A stretch of DNA of 64,000 nt from Promethearchaeota archaeon (GCA_016839705.1 JAEOTR010000044.1:1-64000), one strand, 5' to 3'; shown: positions 51,866 to 61,931, numbered from the stretch's first letter. Made by a program: numbers and translations. The notes: generated by a model from the sequence alone, not told the origin.

Positions 51866-53260
51866 ATGAATGAATCAAAAATACAATCAAAAACGAAATT
51901 TGAAGGATTTGGAAGAAGGCAAAAATGGAGTTTTGGAATGGGAAGTTTTTCTCAATGGTTTATCAATAGTGCGTTTAATATCTGGGTTTTTACATTTTAT
52001 TTTACCGCTGTAAGAATCCCTATTGGATGGTATATCCTTGCAGCAGTAATTTGGACACTTTGGAATGCTTTAAATGATCCATTGATAGGGTATCTTTCAG
52101 ATCGGACGCATACTCGATGGGGGCGTAGAAAACCCTTTATTATGCTGGGAACCATCCCAATTATTATATTAGAAATCATAATCTGGACACCTCCATTGAA
52201 CAATGACGTTATTAAATTCGTATATTTGCTTATAATGTTATTTTGTTATGATACATTCTACACGATGGTGTCTCTACCTTTTGATGCTCTGTTTCCAGAG
52301 CTCTATACAACCGTTGAAGACAGAGCAGAAGTAAACTCAATAAAACAAATTTTATCAGTTATTGGCTTACTCGCAGCAGCATTAGTTCCTGGTCTCTTAA
52401 TTGATGATATCGCCACTATAGACGGGTATTTGCTAAATGGTATCGTAACTTCAATAATTGTTGGGATATCTTTGGTAATATCGTTAAGATGGGGCGTGAT
52501 TGAACGTGAAGAGTTTAAATTCGATTATAAAAGTGAATTGAATTTCTTTAAAAGTTTGAAATATACATTGAAGAACAAAGCTTTTGTGCTCTATACAATT
52601 ATGTTTTTTCTATATGAATATGTATTACTTCTACTTGGTACTGTGGTTCAGATATTTGGCAGAAATGTGTTAAATAGCTCCCCATTTGAAACATCTCTAA
52701 TAATGGGCATAATGTACATAATAGGTGTACTCACGGTTCCTGTATGGAGATGGTTAGATTTAAAAATAGGGAGTAGAAAAGCATATGCCATATCGATTGT
52801 AGCCTATTTAATTGGATCATTTCCGTTGTTATTAATCGATTCATATATGTTTACTCTCGTTGCTGCAATATTTATGGGTTTTGGATTTGGAGGTATGTTA
52901 TATTTCATTTATTTAATCATTGCTGATGTTATTGATGAAGATGAGTTAAAAACTGGAATAAGGCGTGAGGGAGCATTTTTTGGAGTCACTAACTTCTTCA
53001 TGAGGTTAGCGATGATTCTATCAATTCTGACAGTTGGATTTGTCTTTACACAAGTAGATTGGGAGGTGTATACACCTACTGGCGCTATTGGAGAAATAGT
53101 CGCTCTTAGAATGCTCATGTATGTATTTCCCGCTATATCCTTACTCATAACCTTAATATGCCTTTATTTTTATCCATTTACAAAATCTAAGGTAGAAGAG
53201 ATTAAAGGAAAAATAATAGAATTACATAAAGAAAAGGGAGAGAAAGTCAAAACGGCTTAA
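51866..53260 (+). CDS. MFS transporter, GPH (glycoside-pentoside-hexuronide) family
   Basis: NDPLIGYLSDRTHTRWGRRKPF, ADVIDEDELKTGIRREG. Confidence 0.92.
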   Translation: MNESKIQSKTKFEGFGRRQKWSFGMGSFSQWFINSAFNIWVFTFYFTAVRIPIGWYILAAVIWTLWNALNDPLIGYLSDRTHTRWGRRKPFIMLGTIPIIILEIIIWTPPLNNDVIKFVYLLIMLFCYDTFYTMVSLPFDALFPELYTTVEDRAEVNSIKQILSVIGLLAAALVPGLLIDDIATIDGYLLNGIVTSIIVGISLVISLRWGVIEREEFKFDYKSELNFFKSLKYTLKNKAFVLYTIMFFLYEYVLLLLGTVVQIFGRNVLNSSPFETSLIMGIMYIIGVLTVPVWRWLDLKIGSRKAYAISIVAYLIGSFPLLLIDSYMFTLVAAIFMGFGFGGMLYFIYLIIADVIDEDELKTGIRREGAFFGVTNFFMRLAMILSILTVGFVFTQVDWEVYTPTGAIGEIVALRMLMYVFPAISLLITLICLYFYPFTKSKVEEIKGKIIELHKEKGEKVKTA

Positions 53261-53318
53261 TAACTATTTAATTCTACAATTTCAAATATCTTTTTTTTTA
53301 TATATATTTTTGTACGTT

Positions 53319-54596
53319 TTATATTTGGTTTAATGCTTGTTCCAAATCATTTATTAAATCTTTTGGATCCTCTAACCCAACAGAAAATCTAAAATGAGAA
53401 TTTGATATACCCATAGATTTCTTTTCCCATGAAGCAAGGTCAATCCCTGTCATCAAAGTTGTATATTCTAATAACGAAGTTGTATCACCCAAAGATACCC
53501 CTACTTTTATTAATTTCAAAAGCTCTATAAATTCATTACTTACTTCCCCAGATTCTAACTCAAAACCTATCATTCCCCCAAAATCTAGCATCTGTTTTTT
53601 TGCGATTTCATGATTAGGGTGTGATTTTAAACCAGGATAAACCACTTTTATTACCTTCGGATGTTGTTCTAAAAACTCAGCAATTTCCATTGCATTTGAA
53701 GAATGACGAGACATTCGTAAACCAAGTGTTCTAATTCCTCGCAATATTAACCACGCATTAAACGGACTCAAAACTTGACCTTGCGTTTCTAACCAAAAAT
53801 AGCGTATATTTTGAATTTCGGTTTTAGTGCCTATAATCACCCCACCTAAACAATCTCCATGACCATTAATATATTTTGTAAGGCTCTCAACTACGAGATC
53901 TGCTCCAAATTTCAGCGGTTTTTGAAGAGCTGGAGATGCAAATGTATTATCAACGATACATTTTCCACCAACCTCATGAATAATATCTGCACAGGCTTTA
54001 ATATCAACAATATCTATTTTAGGATTAGTAGGTGATTCAAGTAAGATTAATTTAGTATTCTCATCAACTACTTTTTTTACTTCTGCTAGATCACAGAGAT
54101 TTACTATTTTAAAATCAATTCCCATTTGAGGATAAATTTTTGTAATTAAACGGTAAACACCAGTATATTGGTTATTATGAATCACTATAGATGGTATATC
54201 ATTTGGATTAGATTGGGGTAATAATTTTTTAATCTTATTTGGTCGAATTCGTTCAACACGTTTTTGTAAAACGCTTGAGCACGCAAGATGAATTGCTCCC
54301 ATTCCCGATCCGACTGATATAGCTCTTTCGCCTCCATGAAGAGTAGCTAATTTATTGTCTAAAGCATAGAGAGTTGGGTTTTCAGTACGAGAATAAAAAT
54401 AGTGACTTTGAAGGAATTCACTTAATGAAGAGTAAGTATAAGATTTTGTAGCATAGAGAGGTATTCGAAGACTATGTGATGTCTCTAGATAAGGATCCTC
54501 ACCAGCACGCATTAATTGAGTATCAAACTTAAGAAGATCCCATCTATCTCGATTTTCCCTATTTGTTTCCTGAAAAGATTTTTTTTCTTCTGACAA
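53319..54596 (-). CDS. Trans-sulfuration PLP enzyme (methionine gamma-lyase / cystathionine gamma-synthase family)
   Basis: YSRTENPT, SGMGAI, ESPTNP, VDNTFASP, SLTKY, VSLGD, RFSVGLE. Confidence 0.92.
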   Translation of the reverse strand: MSEEKKSFQETNRENRDRWDLLKFDTQLMRAGEDPYLETSHSLRIPLYATKSYTYSSLSEFLQSHYFYSRTENPTLYALDNKLATLHGGERAISVGSGMGAIHLACSSVLQKRVERIRPNKIKKLLPQSNPNDIPSIVIHNNQYTGVYRLITKIYPQMGIDFKIVNLCDLAEVKKVVDENTKLILLESPTNPKIDIVDIKACADIIHEVGGKCIVDNTFASPALQKPLKFGADLVVESLTKYINGHGDCLGGVIIGTKTEIQNIRYFWLETQGQVLSPFNAWLILRGIRTLGLRMSRHSSNAMEIAEFLEQHPKVIKVVYPGLKSHPNHEIAKKQMLDFGGMIGFELESGEVSNEFIELLKLIKVGVSLGDTTSLLEYTTLMTGIDLASWEKKSMGISNSHFRFSVGLEDPKDLINDLEQALNQI

Positions 54597-54729
54597 TTAC
54601 CTCACATACTTATTTAAGTCGGATTAATTTCATAAGATATAATTTTACAATAATGAGTTTTAAGATAAACTTTTTTACAAATTTTCAATTATAAAACTGA
54701 AATTCATTCAATTTTGTTTTAAATCCAAA

Positions 54730-55383
54730 ATGTCCTTAGAAGAAACTATAAGGGAAACCATCTTTGAATGGGATGAGGATAAGTTAAAAGAAATCTGCCG
54801 TTCTAGTATCAAGAAAAAACAACAATCCGCAGCAGAATTATTGAAAATCATCGGAAAAGTAATGCAATTCATAGGTAAACAATTTGAGGATGAGGAGATC
54901 TTCCTACCTGATTTAGTAGGTTCTGCAAATGTCGTAAAAAACACAATAGACGAAGTATTAGATCCTTTAATAAAAGAATCTGGTGAAAGCAAGGAAACAT
55001 TGGGAAAGGTTGTCATAGGGACGGTTGAGGGTGATGTTCATAGTATAGGTAAAGATCTTGTTGGAAGTTTTCTTTTCGCTAATGGATTCGAAGTGTTTAA
55101 TTTGGGAGAAGAAGTCCCCGCATCGAAATTTGTTGATAAAGCAGAGGAATTGGGCGCACAAGTTATTGGTCTTTCCTCTTTATTAACAATGTCAATGGGA
55201 TTTCAACGTGAAGTCATAAAAGAGCTTAATAATCGGGGATTGAGAGATAAATATATAGTAATTATTGGTGGTTCTCCAACGTCAATGGAGTATGCAGAAG
55301 AAATTGGTGCCGATGGCTGGGCTGATGATGCAATAGAAGCAGTAGATCTAATAAAAAATTTACTTAGCAATAATAAAAAATAA
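54730..55383 (+). CDS. Corrinoid (B12-binding) methyl-acceptor protein
   Basis: GDVHSIGK (DxHxxG), SSLLT, GGSP. Confidence 0.92.
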   Translation: MSLEETIRETIFEWDEDKLKEICRSSIKKKQQSAAELLKIIGKVMQFIGKQFEDEEIFLPDLVGSANVVKNTIDEVLDPLIKESGESKETLGKVVIGTVEGDVHSIGKDLVGSFLFANGFEVFNLGEEVPASKFVDKAEELGAQVIGLSSLLTMSMGFQREVIKELNNRGLRDKYIVIIGGSPTSMEYAEEIGADGWADDAIEAVDLIKNLLSNNKK

Positions 55384-55395
55384 AAGTGGTAGATA

Positions 55396-56922
55396 ATGAA
55401 GTTAAAGAAGATAGAAATTCTCTCGACTGACGAAATACAATCTATTCATTCTGCATCAATGGAGCTTCTCTCCACTGTAGGAATTAATATTGATTCTCCC
55501 TCTGCTAGACAATTGTTTAAAGAGAATGGAGCGGAAATAAGTGATAAAAACTTATTTATTAAAATTCCAGAAACACTTATCAAGGAAAAATTAAGAGGGG
55601 TTCCAAATTCTTTTAAATTATATGGAGCTGATGGAAAATTCAATTTTGAAGTGAACACTTCAACTACTCAGTTTGCGACTATTGGAACCCCTGTGAAAAT
55701 TCATGATCCATCAAAAAAGAGTGGAGTTAGAAAGACTGTCCTCGCAGATACAATTCAGCAGATTAGGATTGTTGATTCCTTGAAAAACATAAACTGTTCT
55801 CATATAGATGTTTGGCCTAATGATGTTAATTATCTTTCTCTTCATGCTCACTGTATCTATCAATGGGTGCATAATACTCGAAAACCTTATGGACTTGGAT
55901 GCTTAGGAAGATTAGCAAGCCAAGATATGATGAATATGGCCTCTTTTATAGTAGGAAGTGAGGAGGAACTTATTAATAATGCAAGATTTGTAGGTTTCAT
56001 GAATCCCACCAGCCCGTTGCATCTACCTCAATTAATGACAAATGGGCTTGAAATTTTCGCAAAATATAAACAGCCCACAATAATTGCCCCAGAAGCTCTT
56101 GCTGGAGCAACTGCACCTGTGACCCTAGCTGGTCTCTTGACGCAAACCAATGCCGAAATCATAGGAGGAATCATACTGGCCCAGCTTTATAATTCTGGAG
56201 CACCTGTATTTTTTGGTACAGTTTCTACTGTTACGGATATGAAATCTGGAAATGCAGCATTGGGATCAATTGAGACAGGGCTAATAACTACTGCAGTTGC
56301 TCAATTAGCTCGATTTTATGACATCCCATCCAGAGGGCCTGGTGGTATAACTGATTCAAAAGTACTTGACATTCAATGTGGTTTTGAACGATTACAAACG
56401 TTATTGATTGCCGTTCAAGCCGGAATAAATTACATAACTTGTGCTGGTACTTATGAAGAAACTTTAGTTGAAGCATTAGAACTCCTTGTAATCGATGATG
56501 AGTTGGTAGATATAGCTAAACGTTTGCTTGAAGGGATTAATGTAAGTGAAGAGACAATTGCATTAGATGTTATAAAAAAAGTTGTTACCAATCCCAAAAA
56601 AGGCGTGAATTACTTAGGTGAAGCCCATACTCGTAAGTTTATGCGAGAAGAATTGTATTTTCCTGTCTTGATTGATAGAAATAGAAGATCAACATGGCGA
56701 AAAAAGGGATCTAAAGACATTATTACTCGAGCACATGATAAAGTAGAGAAAATTCTTCAATCATTTACTGCTCCTGAAGTGGATAAAGAAATTGAGAAAC
56801 AGCTTTTAAATTATATTAAAGATGTTGAGAAAAGAACATTAGATCATTATAAAAATGCTGAGGGGATATCCTCTGGAAGTGTATCTCTTCCCGGGGTAGA
56901 TGTTTCAATTGAAGATAAATAA
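55396..56922 (+). CDS. MttB-superfamily methyltransferase, non-pyrrolysine type
   Basis: SPL, GATAPVTLAG, TDSKVLDIQCGFE; no in-frame TAG. Confidence 0.9.
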   Translation: MKLKKIEILSTDEIQSIHSASMELLSTVGINIDSPSARQLFKENGAEISDKNLFIKIPETLIKEKLRGVPNSFKLYGADGKFNFEVNTSTTQFATIGTPVKIHDPSKKSGVRKTVLADTIQQIRIVDSLKNINCSHIDVWPNDVNYLSLHAHCIYQWVHNTRKPYGLGCLGRLASQDMMNMASFIVGSEEELINNARFVGFMNPTSPLHLPQLMTNGLEIFAKYKQPTIIAPEALAGATAPVTLAGLLTQTNAEIIGGIILAQLYNSGAPVFFGTVSTVTDMKSGNAALGSIETGLITTAVAQLARFYDIPSRGPGGITDSKVLDIQCGFERLQTLLIAVQAGINYITCAGTYEETLVEALELLVIDDELVDIAKRLLEGINVSEETIALDVIKKVVTNPKKGVNYLGEAHTRKFMREELYFPVLIDRNRRSTWRKKGSKDIITRAHDKVEKILQSFTAPEVDKEIEKQLLNYIKDVEKRTLDHYKNAEGISSGSVSLPGVDVSIEDK

Positions 56923-56925
56923 TAT

Positions 56926-57633
56926 TTATCTCAATTCAATAGTTTTTTTTTTGAATAACCTTGTAAAGTCTACTTTTAACATAAGATAAACCATTATTAT
57001 AACTAAATATATAGTGATAATGCTAAATATCCAATTTTCCCCCCCGATAAATTGACAGACATTAAATAGGTTATAAGCAAAGATAAGCATTAAACCTAAT
57101 TTTCCCAACCAAACAAAGAGAATGGTTTTTTTTGCATCATACTTAATTATCCCTAAAGGAACCGTTATCATATCATCGTTTAGGGGAGTAAATCCGAAAA
57201 GAAAGATAAGAAAGGGTGCTAGCCTTGGATGGTTGACTAAATACTGTTGATAATCCTTTAATTTTTGCATTCTATCATCTGAAATGATTTCAGCAGCACC
57301 TCTACCAATTAAGTAGCCTCCCATTTCACCAACTAAACACCCCAACGATGCAACTATACCTACTAAAAGTGGAATAATAAAGTTTATTTGAAGAAATGGT
57401 AAAGAAGAAAAACAAACCACAAAAGTATAAGGAGTAGGAACTGGAAGCAGATTACCTATAAAACAAACCCAAAAAGTAATAAGAAGTCCTGCTCCCAAGT
57501 TTTGGAAAGGTGTATACTTAGATATATTTTCAATAGCTTCCCGGTGAGATACATTGATGGCTAAATCAACAGAGAGGATGGTGACAATAATTATTAAAAT
57601 TAGGAAAATATAGTCGACTTTCTTTAACTTCAA
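56926..57633 (-). CDS. DedA/VTT (SNARE-associated) family membrane protein
   Basis: GEMGGYLIGRG, FTPLNDD, hydrophobic helices. Confidence 0.82.
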   Translation of the reverse strand: MKLKKVDYIFLILIIIVTILSVDLAINVSHREAIENISKYTPFQNLGAGLLITFWVCFIGNLLPVPTPYTFVVCFSSLPFLQINFIIPLLVGIVASLGCLVGEMGGYLIGRGAAEIISDDRMQKLKDYQQYLVNHPRLAPFLIFLFGFTPLNDDMITVPLGIIKYDAKKTILFVWLGKLGLMLIFAYNLFNVCQFIGGENWIFSIITIYLVIIMVYLMLKVDFTRLFKKKTIELR

Positions 57634-57708
57634 TTTTATAGCTAATTTTCAATTTAATTAAGTTAGATAAAAGATTGCAAATTTTATACTTATTTATTTG
57701 AATCTGTA

Positions 57709-57864
57709 CTAAACAGGAAAAGAGATTACGACAATAATTACACTTATAATGATACTAAGAAAAAATAGCAATATTATAAGGAGTGAAAGACCTGTTTTTC
57801 TTCTACTTCTTTTGCTAATTTTAGCTCGTGATTTTTGACGGATTCTATATTTTACTCGACTCAT
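57709..57864 (-). CDS. 51-aa basic, tail-anchored membrane microprotein (not in ORF track)
   Basis: MSRVKYRIRQKSRAKISKRSRRKTGLSLLIILLFFLSIIISVIIVVISFPV*; co-oriented between gelsolin-like and DedA genes. Confidence 0.7.
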   Translation of the reverse strand: MSRVKYRIRQKSRAKISKRSRRKTGLSLLIILLFFLSIIISVIIVVISFPV

Positions 57865-57899
57865 TATTCTCTATATCTAATAAATGTTAATAATAAATT

Positions 57900-58583
57900 C
57901 TAATTGTTTTGATCATCACGCTTTTTTAACAATTCGGTTAAAACAACATTACTGTATGAGAATAGCATTCTTGGGATATAATTTTCAGCTAAATAAGGTC
58001 CATCTTCGACATCTTCCTTTAACGGGAAGAGTTGCTTTTCTTTAATAACAGAATCTAAGTAAATTCTATCATATTCTTTATAACCATATATTTTATTCTT
58101 CACAATCACCATTTTTCTCTCATAACCTTCGGGTACCCCTGCCTTTTCTAAAAGTAATAGGATTTTTTCTCTCGATAAAGATTCAAATAATTCCAGATCT
58201 TCATCCGTACCCTCGTAAGTAGGACCTGTTTGTGCTTCGGAATAGTCTACCTCTTCCTCTAATCCAATCATTGTTTTAAATCCTTTGGTTTCATTTCCTT
58301 CATCTACAGATGATATTTTAAATGCAATACCATATCGATCTCTTATACTGGGTGCTATTTTTGCAGAAATAAATTTCATCCGTGTAGTCACATTATTACC
58401 CTGCCAAATCCATACTCTATATTGTTTTGGATCTACAAAAAGAAGGATAAATTCTGAATCCAATAATTCATATAAAGGGATATCTCCTTCTAATTCTAAT
58501 TCTTGGTATTCGCTTAATGCATCACTAAATTGAAACACTAGAATTTTTTCTTTTTCTTCCTGAGGTAAGGTTTCTTCTGACAT
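57900..58583 (-). CDS. Gelsolin-like domain protein with C-terminal extension
   Basis: LLDSEFILLFVD...VWIWQGNN...KFISAKIA...VDEGNE..GF pattern of a gelsolin repeat. Confidence 0.78.
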   Translation of the reverse strand: MSEETLPQEEKEKILVFQFSDALSEYQELELEGDIPLYELLDSEFILLFVDPKQYRVWIWQGNNVTTRMKFISAKIAPSIRDRYGIAFKISSVDEGNETKGFKTMIGLEEEVDYSEAQTGPTYEGTDEDLELFESLSREKILLLLEKAGVPEGYERKMVIVKNKIYGYKEYDRIYLDSVIKEKQLFPLKEDVEDGPYLAENYIPRMLFSYSNVVLTELLKKRDDQNN

Positions 58584-58665
58584 AATGCTGTTTTTTAAGT
58601 ATTCTATTTATAATACTATATAATTTTTTTCTTATATTATTATCTTTACCTTATCAGTAAATAAA

Positions 58666-58750
58666 TGCGGGAAGGGAGATTTGAACTCCCGAACTCCTTT
58701 GAGAATGGATTCTGAGTCCACCGCCTTAGACCAGACTTGGCAATTCCCGC
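58666..58750 (-). tRNA. tRNA-Leu(CAG), intronless, CCA not encoded
   Basis: GCGGGAA/TTCCCGC acceptor stem, GTGGA-CTCAGAA-TCCAT anticodon arm, long variable arm, GTTCAAATC T-loop. Confidence 0.95.
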
Positions 58751-58789
58751 AATTTTTTAATAAATCTGTGTGACCCATATTCCTCTAAT

Positions 58790-59638
58790 TTATTCGTCTT
58801 TCATTTCATTTAGTTTTTTATCTATTACTTCTCGCATATATTTGAATCCTGGAGTTAACTTTTCATCTAATTGTGGAATTAATTGTCTTAAAGGAAACTT
58901 TAAACCCTGACCCGCTCCCGTTTGGAATAAATTTTCCAATACATAGAAAATGTAGCTTGCGGGCATTCCAATTCCTAGTTCATGATCTTGAATTCCAGCA
59001 AATGAGCGATCCCCCGTGCCAGGGATGACAATTTGGGCTTTTCGGGTAATAAACGGCATTAATCCTCCCTTAGCGCAACTTTCTCCGAAACCTTCAAAGG
59101 TTGATTGTATTCTATATTTACGTTTGTGTTCATAACTTAATGCGTTTATAATGTACGTGAGTTTTGGTCCATCACAATAGATTAATATGGAATCTGGAAT
59201 AACGGGAGTTTCTATCAGTGGAGCGACAATTACGCCACGATATGCTAATTCTATAATATTTTTAAAGTTATTTGCATATGTATGTTCGGCTCTCCTTTTT
59301 TCAGCTTGAACGTCTTTCGACCATTTTTGACGCACTTGAGATTCTGTAAATTCTTCCATCGTGAGAGGAACCCATCCATGCGCAACGGATGACGGAGTGC
59401 AAAAGTTGTCCGCTGCTGTGATGCATAATTTCTGGCGAAATCTACGAGCATAAGTAAAAGCTTGGCAAATTGACATCTTTTCTCCATTATCTATAGGTCT
59501 TCTTACTCCTGGAGGGATATCGTTCTCAAGATCTTTTATATACTTTATCGACACTGGAAAAGAATTAAGATGTAGTTTCTGGAATATTTCTTCTCCTGCA
59601 TTTTGATAATCCTCCAAAGTCTTATTTTTACTACTCAT
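58790..59638 (-). CDS. DUF169 family protein
   Basis: ICQAF..ARR, NFC, ESC, PGTGDR pattern. Confidence 0.8.
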   Translation of the reverse strand: MSSKNKTLEDYQNAGEEIFQKLHLNSFPVSIKYIKDLENDIPPGVRRPIDNGEKMSICQAFTYARRFRQKLCITAADNFCTPSSVAHGWVPLTMEEFTESQVRQKWSKDVQAEKRRAEHTYANNFKNIIELAYRGVIVAPLIETPVIPDSILIYCDGPKLTYIINALSYEHKRKYRIQSTFEGFGESCAKGGLMPFITRKAQIVIPGTGDRSFAGIQDHELGIGMPASYIFYVLENLFQTGAGQGLKFPLRQLIPQLDEKLTPGFKYMREVIDKKLNEMKDE

Positions 59639-59690
59639 AATATATTTATCCTCTATTTTTTATTTTATTAATGTATTTTCTATTTGTTTC

Positions 59691-59710
59691 TGACAATATG
59701 GATATTGTCA
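59691..59710. promoter_or_regulatory. Perfect inverted repeat TGACAATAT-gg-ATATTGTCA, possible operator
   Basis: 9-bp arms with 2-nt spacer, ~50 bp upstream of the DUF169 start. Confidence 0.45.
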
Positions 59711-59777
59711 TTCTCTGGTGAACAAATTAAAATTCCAAGAAATAAGATTAAGTGATTAAGAAAAAATAGTAAAAAAT

Positions 59778-61931
59778 TTATCTTAACTCTAATTTTTCCT
59801 CACAATACGGACAATGCAGGGGTAATTCCTCATCGCAAGTTTCCAGTTCTTCGCTGCTTAGAATATTCTTCCAACAAACTAATTTCTCTCCTTTTTTAAC
59901 CATATCTCTGCCATGATGTTGAGGTATTATATCCTTAGTCTCACAATTACTGCATACTATTAATTTAGATTCACTTTCTAGCTGCTCTGTGGTAATCTCC
60001 TTATATAAAAATTTATATCTGAAGATTGTCATACTATTCAGCATGATAGCAAGACTTAATCCCATATCCCCCAAGCCGACCGCAACCCATAAGCTCATAA
60101 AACCGATTACTGTCAGAATTGCAAAAGCAACTTTAATGATTATAGAAGACCATATATTTTCTTTGACCTTCTTGTTTGTTTTCTTAGCAATATCAATGTA
60201 AGTAAGAATTTTCTTTAGATCATCATTAATTATAATAATATCAGCAGTTTCGAGTGTGATGTCCGTAGCAGAAGCACCTATCGCAATTCCCAAATCTGAA
60301 AGGGCTAAAGCAGGAGCATCATTTATCCCATCCCCAACCATCGCTACACCTTTATATTGTTCTTTAAGGTTTTGGATCTCTTGGAGCTTTTGGTCGGGTA
60401 AATGTTCTCCATATGCACGATCTATATCCAAGCAAGCCCCAATTGAATTACAAACTCTCTGATTATCGCCAGATATCAAAATTGTTTCAAATCCTCTTTT
60501 TTTTAATCCTTTTACTAGAATCGGAGCTGAAACTCTCAGTACATCTCTTATTGTAAGTATTCCTAATAAATGCTGTTCATTTCCCAATAGTACAGGGATT
60601 GTCCCTGAATTTTCAATTTCTATAATATCATCAATTGGAAGTTCATAGCTCAAATCCTCGAAGAATTTCTGACTTCCAATATAGAAAAACTCACCGTTAA
60701 TTTTTCCTTTAATACCTCTTCCTTTGATAACTTCAAATTCATCAACATTTTGAAAAGGAAGTCCCATTTTTTTAGCTTGATTAACAATAGTTTTACCAAT
60801 CGGATGCTCTGAAAGCGATTCTAAGCTAGCTGCAACACTAACTACATCTGATTTAGAAATCCCATTATAATGAAAAATGTCGAATATTTTGAGCTTTCCT
60901 TCGGTGAGTGTACCCGTCTTATCAAATGCAAACACTTCAATGTCTTGAATTTTTTCAATAAATTTATTTCCCTTAACCAAAATACCCTCCCTTGCTAATT
61001 TTGTTAAAGATGCAATGTTTGCTAAGGGGGTAGATAAGGTTAAAGCACAAGGGCAAGATACAACTAATAAAACCAAACCACGATAAAACCAATCATAGAA
61101 ATTTAAATTGAATAATACCGGTATGATCATTACAAAGATAGAGGATAAAAGGATGATTGGTGTGTAATATTTCGCAAATTTCTCAATGAACCTCTCATGC
61201 ACACTCTTATTTTGCAGGGCAATTTTAACACTTTCAGCGATCTGAGCTACTATTGTATTTTTACTTTCACGAATTACTTCAATATCTACAAAACTATCAG
61301 AATTTATGCTTGCAGCGAAAACTTCTTTACCTTCCTTTTTAAAAATAGGGATTGATTCCCCAGTAATTGCACTTTCATCAAAGTAAGAGCCTCCCTTAAC
61401 AATTATACCATCCAACGGGACTTTCATTCCTGGTTTTATCCCTATTATATTCCCTATTCTAATTTCTTTAGAGGGGACATTCTCATAACCTTTGTCAGTT
61501 TTCAGCAAAGCATCATCTGGTGCCAACTCGAGTAATTCTTTTATTGCATTCCTTGATTTATCTGCCGTTAGTTCTTCTAATCTTTCTGCTATTGCATATA
61601 GGAGTATGGCAGTTGCCCCTTCCTGCCCATGAAGGATAAAAAAGGATGCGACACCAGCGATTAACATTAATATATTTGCAGTGATTCTCTTATTCTTAAT
61701 ATCCTCAATAGCTTCTTTTACCACTCCTGAACTAGATAGAAAAATTGAAACAATCGCTAAGCTCTGATCTATTATTTTCAATTCAAAAAATACTTCAATC
61801 AAAATTGAAAATGCAAGTACTATTCCCGCAGGAATTAGGAACTGCCAGAAATGTTCTTCAAAAAAAGACTCTTCCTCAAACTCGTCATCTAAATCTTCAC
61901 AGACCGCACTCGAACACTCTATCCTAGTAAT
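59778..61931 (-). CDS. Heavy-metal P1B-type ATPase with Cys/His-rich C-terminal domain; probable ATT start
   Basis: TGES, SCPC, DKTGT, SEHP, GDGINDAP; frame extends 43 codons upstream of track start (ITRIECSSAVCEDLDDEFEEESFFEEHFWQFLIPAGIVLAFSI) to ATT 6 nt after AGGTGA. Confidence 0.9.
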   Translation of the reverse strand: MTRIECSSAVCEDLDDEFEEESFFEEHFWQFLIPAGIVLAFSILIEVFFELKIIDQSLAIVSIFLSSSGVVKEAIEDIKNKRITANILMLIAGVASFFILHGQEGATAILLYAIAERLEELTADKSRNAIKELLELAPDDALLKTDKGYENVPSKEIRIGNIIGIKPGMKVPLDGIIVKGGSYFDESAITGESIPIFKKEGKEVFAASINSDSFVDIEVIRESKNTIVAQIAESVKIALQNKSVHERFIEKFAKYYTPIILLSSIFVMIIPVLFNLNFYDWFYRGLVLLVVSCPCALTLSTPLANIASLTKLAREGILVKGNKFIEKIQDIEVFAFDKTGTLTEGKLKIFDIFHYNGISKSDVVSVAASLESLSEHPIGKTIVNQAKKMGLPFQNVDEFEVIKGRGIKGKINGEFFYIGSQKFFEDLSYELPIDDIIEIENSGTIPVLLGNEQHLLGILTIRDVLRVSAPILVKGLKKRGFETILISGDNQRVCNSIGACLDIDRAYGEHLPDQKLQEIQNLKEQYKGVAMVGDGINDAPALALSDLGIAIGASATDITLETADIIIINDDLKKILTYIDIAKKTNKKVKENIWSSIIIKVAFAILTVIGFMSLWVAVGLGDMGLSLAIMLNSMTIFRYKFLYKEITTEQLESESKLIVCSNCETKDIIPQHHGRDMVKKGEKLVCWKNILSSEELETCDEELPLHCPYCEEKLELR

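Noticed and set aside
54190-54265. In-frame intron explaining the insertion in the PLP lyase
   Set aside because: Frame is intact and no BHB or hairpin pairing was found at the borders
55396-56922. Pyrrolysine-containing MttB
   Set aside because: No in-frame TAG; sense codons at the corresponding region before TDSK
58666-58750. tRNA intron or tRNA-anchored integrated element
   Set aside because: Anticodon loop is uninterrupted; no duplicated 3' end and no integrase in the window
59682-59727. Second SECIS (AUGAC...GAA hairpin on minus strand)
   Set aside because: UGAC pairs Watson-Crick with GUCA, no apical A-rich loop, and the upstream ATPase has no in-frame UGA
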